From Minisyncoccia bacterium (GTDB lineage Bacteria; Patescibacteriota; Minisyncoccia; Phycocordibacterales; CALRBL01): DNA of 45,565 nucleotides. Every line of letters begins with the position of its first letter. Position 1 is the stretch's first letter. Below the pieces are notes generated by a model. It made no database searches. It was given only the letters and a program-made list of their open reading frames with translations, and was not told the DNA's origin. Position numbers and translations under genes: made by a program. Shown here one piece after another: positions 43,673 through 45,565 of the stretch. Location: positions 75,632-121,196 of the forward strand of contig JBBRPW010000001.1 of assembly GCA_038227435.1 (NCBI GenBank). Direction: 5' to 3'.

Positions 43673-44752
43673 ATGAATAATTTTTATAAAAATAAGAGAG
43701 TTCTTATTACCGGACACACCGGGTTTAAGGGTTCATGGTTAACTCAAGTATTACTCGGTTTTGGCGCTGAAGTTATAGGTATTTCACTAAAACCTCAAAC
43801 GAATCCTAATTTATTTGACGAGCTAAAAATTGAAGGAAAGATTAAAAACTACTTTACAGATATCAGAGATTATTGTGAAATAAAAAAGATTTTTGAAGAT
43901 GAAAAGCCGGAAATCGTTTTTCATTTGGCGGCGCAAGCAATTGTTCGAACTAGTTACTTAAATCCATTAGACACCATTTCATCTAATGTATTAGGAACTG
44001 CCCATATTTTAGAGGCAATTAAAGAAACGAATACTGTAAAATCTGCGGTCATTATTACAACCGATAAAGTGTATGAAAATAAAGAATGGCATCATGCTTA
44101 TCGTGAAAATGATGCACTTGGTGGATATGATCCATACAGTGCGAGTAAGGCAGCAGCAGACATTGTAACTAATTCATTTATTCAATCTTTTTTTAATATT
44201 AAAGATTATGGAGTAAAACATAATGTACTTATCGCTATTGCTCGAGCAGGGAATGTAGTTGGGGGAGGTGATTGGGCAGAGTATCGATTGATTCCAGATA
44301 TTATTCGATCAATTTACGAAACGAAAAGTGCAGTTGAAAGTCGAAATCCAAAAGCGATTAGACCTTGGGAACATGTACTTGAGCCACTTTCAGGTTATTT
44401 ACTTTTGGCAAAAGGATTATATGAAAAAAACACCGAACTTTCAGGTGCGTGGAATTTTGGTCCTAACAATGAAAGTTTCGTCACCGTTGAAACGCTTATT
44501 AATGAAGCAATTAAAATTTTAGAGCAAGGTGAACACAGAACTGTTCCAGATCACTCTAAACACGAAGCCCATATTTTAAAGCTCGATATTAATAAAGCAG
44601 ATGCATTACTAGGGTGGAAGCCAACCCTAACATTTAAGCAAAATTTAGACATGACATTTACTTGGTATAAGAATTACTATGCAAAAACTGAAAATATTGT
44701 AGAGTTTACCGACAATCAAATTAAAGAGTTTTTCAAGCTTAACTCAAAATAA
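43673..44752 (+). CDS. rfbG: CDP-glucose 4,6-dehydratase
   Basis: VLITGHTGFKGSWL, YSASKAAAD and a length of 359 aa, typical of RfbG/DdhB. Confidence 0.88.
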   Translation: MNNFYKNKRVLITGHTGFKGSWLTQVLLGFGAEVIGISLKPQTNPNLFDELKIEGKIKNYFTDIRDYCEIKKIFEDEKPEIVFHLAAQAIVRTSYLNPLDTISSNVLGTAHILEAIKETNTVKSAVIITTDKVYENKEWHHAYRENDALGGYDPYSASKAAADIVTNSFIQSFFNIKDYGVKHNVLIAIARAGNVVGGGDWAEYRLIPDIIRSIYETKSAVESRNPKAIRPWEHVLEPLSGYLLLAKGLYEKNTELSGAWNFGPNNESFVTVETLINEAIKILEQGEHRTVPDHSKHEAHILKLDINKADALLGWKPTLTFKQNLDMTFTWYKNYYAKTENIVEFTDNQIKEFFKLNSK

Positions 44753-44761
44753 TACATATAT

Positions 44762-45535
44762 ATGAAAGTAGTAATCTTAGCCGGAGGATTAGGAACGCGA
44801 CTTAGTGAAGAAACCCAAGTAAAACCAAAACCAATGGTTGAGATTGGTGGTAAACCAATTTTGTGGCATATCATGAAAATCTACTCTCATTACGGATATA
44901 ATGAGTTTATTATTTGTTTGGGATATAAGGGTTACTATATTAAGGAATGGGTTAATAACTATTATCTTCATAATAGCGACGTTACTTTTGATACTGAAAA
45001 AAATACAGTTTGTTTTCACAAAAATAGAGCTGAGAATTGGAAAGTGACTCTGGTCGACACAGGCGATGCAACAATGACAGGAGGTCGTTTAAAAAGGATT
45101 CAAGAATATGTTGGAAACGAAACATTTATGCTTACTTATGGAGACGGAGTAAGTGATATTAATATTTCTGATTTAGTAAAATTTCATCAACAACATAAAG
45201 CTATTGCCACCGTTACTGTGGTAAGTCCAGAAGGAAGATTTGGAGTGGTGAATGTCGATGAAGAGGTCAAAGTAACTTCATTTAGCGAAAAAACAGATAC
45301 AAAAAATAAAATCAGCGGTGGATTTTTCGTGTTAGAACCCACTGTTTTTGATTTTATTAATCATGGAGATGAAACCATCTTCGAAAAAGATCCTCTCGAG
45401 CAACTGGTAAATAAGGGCGAATTGAGAGCTTTTTATCACGAAGGTTTTTGGAAGCCAATGGATACACTTAGTGATAAAACAAAATTAGAGCTAATGTGGC
45501 AAAATGAGAATGCGTTGTGGAAGGTTTGGGAATAG
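44762..45535 (+). CDS. rfbF: Glucose-1-phosphate cytidylyltransferase
   Basis: MKVVILAGGLGTRLSEET..KPKPMVEIGGKPILWHIM and a length of 257 aa, typical of RfbF/DdhA. Confidence 0.9.
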   Translation: MKVVILAGGLGTRLSEETQVKPKPMVEIGGKPILWHIMKIYSHYGYNEFIICLGYKGYYIKEWVNNYYLHNSDVTFDTEKNTVCFHKNRAENWKVTLVDTGDATMTGGRLKRIQEYVGNETFMLTYGDGVSDINISDLVKFHQQHKAIATVTVVSPEGRFGVVNVDEEVKVTSFSEKTDTKNKISGGFFVLEPTVFDFINHGDETIFEKDPLEQLVNKGELRAFYHEGFWKPMDTLSDKTKLELMWQNENALWKVWE

Positions 45536-45565
45536 TAAATAGTATGTAAAGTTAATTTAAATAAA

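Noticed and set aside
30180-45535. The glycan locus considered as a horizontally acquired genomic island or mobile element.
   Set aside because: No flanking tRNA, integrase, transposase or direct repeats are visible. The start-codon context and TAA-stop usage match the rest of the window. The lower G+C seen by eye is common for glycan loci. It cannot be excluded without genome-wide composition statistics.
1-45565. Alternative genetic code (UGA reassignment, as in Gracilibacteria/SR1 or mycoplasmas), considered because nearly every gene ends in TAA or TAG.
   Set aside because: All conserved proteins are full-length in the standard-code ORF track with no internal TGA breaks. TGA does terminate two genes cleanly (32787-32789 and 40883-40885). 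TAA dominance is expected for an AT-rich genome.

Overview
AT-rich, tightly packed bacterial window. The ORF tables read correctly with standard code 11. Four blocks are visible. (1) 1-16.9 kb: murF, then a near-complete tuf/S10/spc ribosomal-protein cluster (tuf, rpsJ through rplO, secY, adk, map). rpmD (L30) is absent between rpsE and rplO. No Shine-Dalgarno sequences are visible. Several r-proteins carry extensions or truncations. Together these traits fit a reduced Patescibacteria/CPR-like genome; that lineage call is inference, since no rRNA is present to confirm it. The cluster seems to be split into sub-operons by three near-identical extended -10 promoters, and an orphan membrane protein sits between secY and adk. 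(2) 16.9-23.8 kb: where infA-rpmJ-rpsM-rpsK-rpsD-rpoA-rplQ would normally follow map, there is a roughly 965-aa soluble protein with a C-terminal T4SS-type (VirD4/TraG/VirB4-like, FtsK-HerA superfamily) ATPase. It is followed by ndk, a promoter-to-terminator bounded candidate structured RNA of about 190 nt, an orphan Trp/Cys/His-rich ORF, a beta-CASP MBL nuclease and a SLOG/LOG (TIGR00725-like) protein. (3) 23.8-30.2 kb: infC-rpmI-rplT and a histidine phosphatase lie on the minus strand. A five-gene plus-strand envelope module follows: a bPH_2 membrane protein, a Lys-rich secreted peptide, a 2-TM peptide, a DUF4015-like glycoside hydrolase, and a second paralogous T4SS-type ATPase with a long disordered tail. 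(4) 30.2-45.5 kb: a 14-gene minus-strand glycan operon plus divergent rfbG-rfbF. It encodes 5 GT2, one GT4-like, one GT-D/DUF1792, one GT10 alpha-1,3-FucT-like and one GT11 alpha-1,2-FucT-like enzyme, 2 methyltransferases, a Wzx flippase, and a CDP-3,6-dideoxyhexose branch. The strongest leads are the two T4SS-like ATPases in non-T4SS contexts, the ncRNA/orphan-ORF island, and the fucosylated, methylated dideoxyhexose glycan locus. All functional calls rest on motifs read by eye, and no database search was run.
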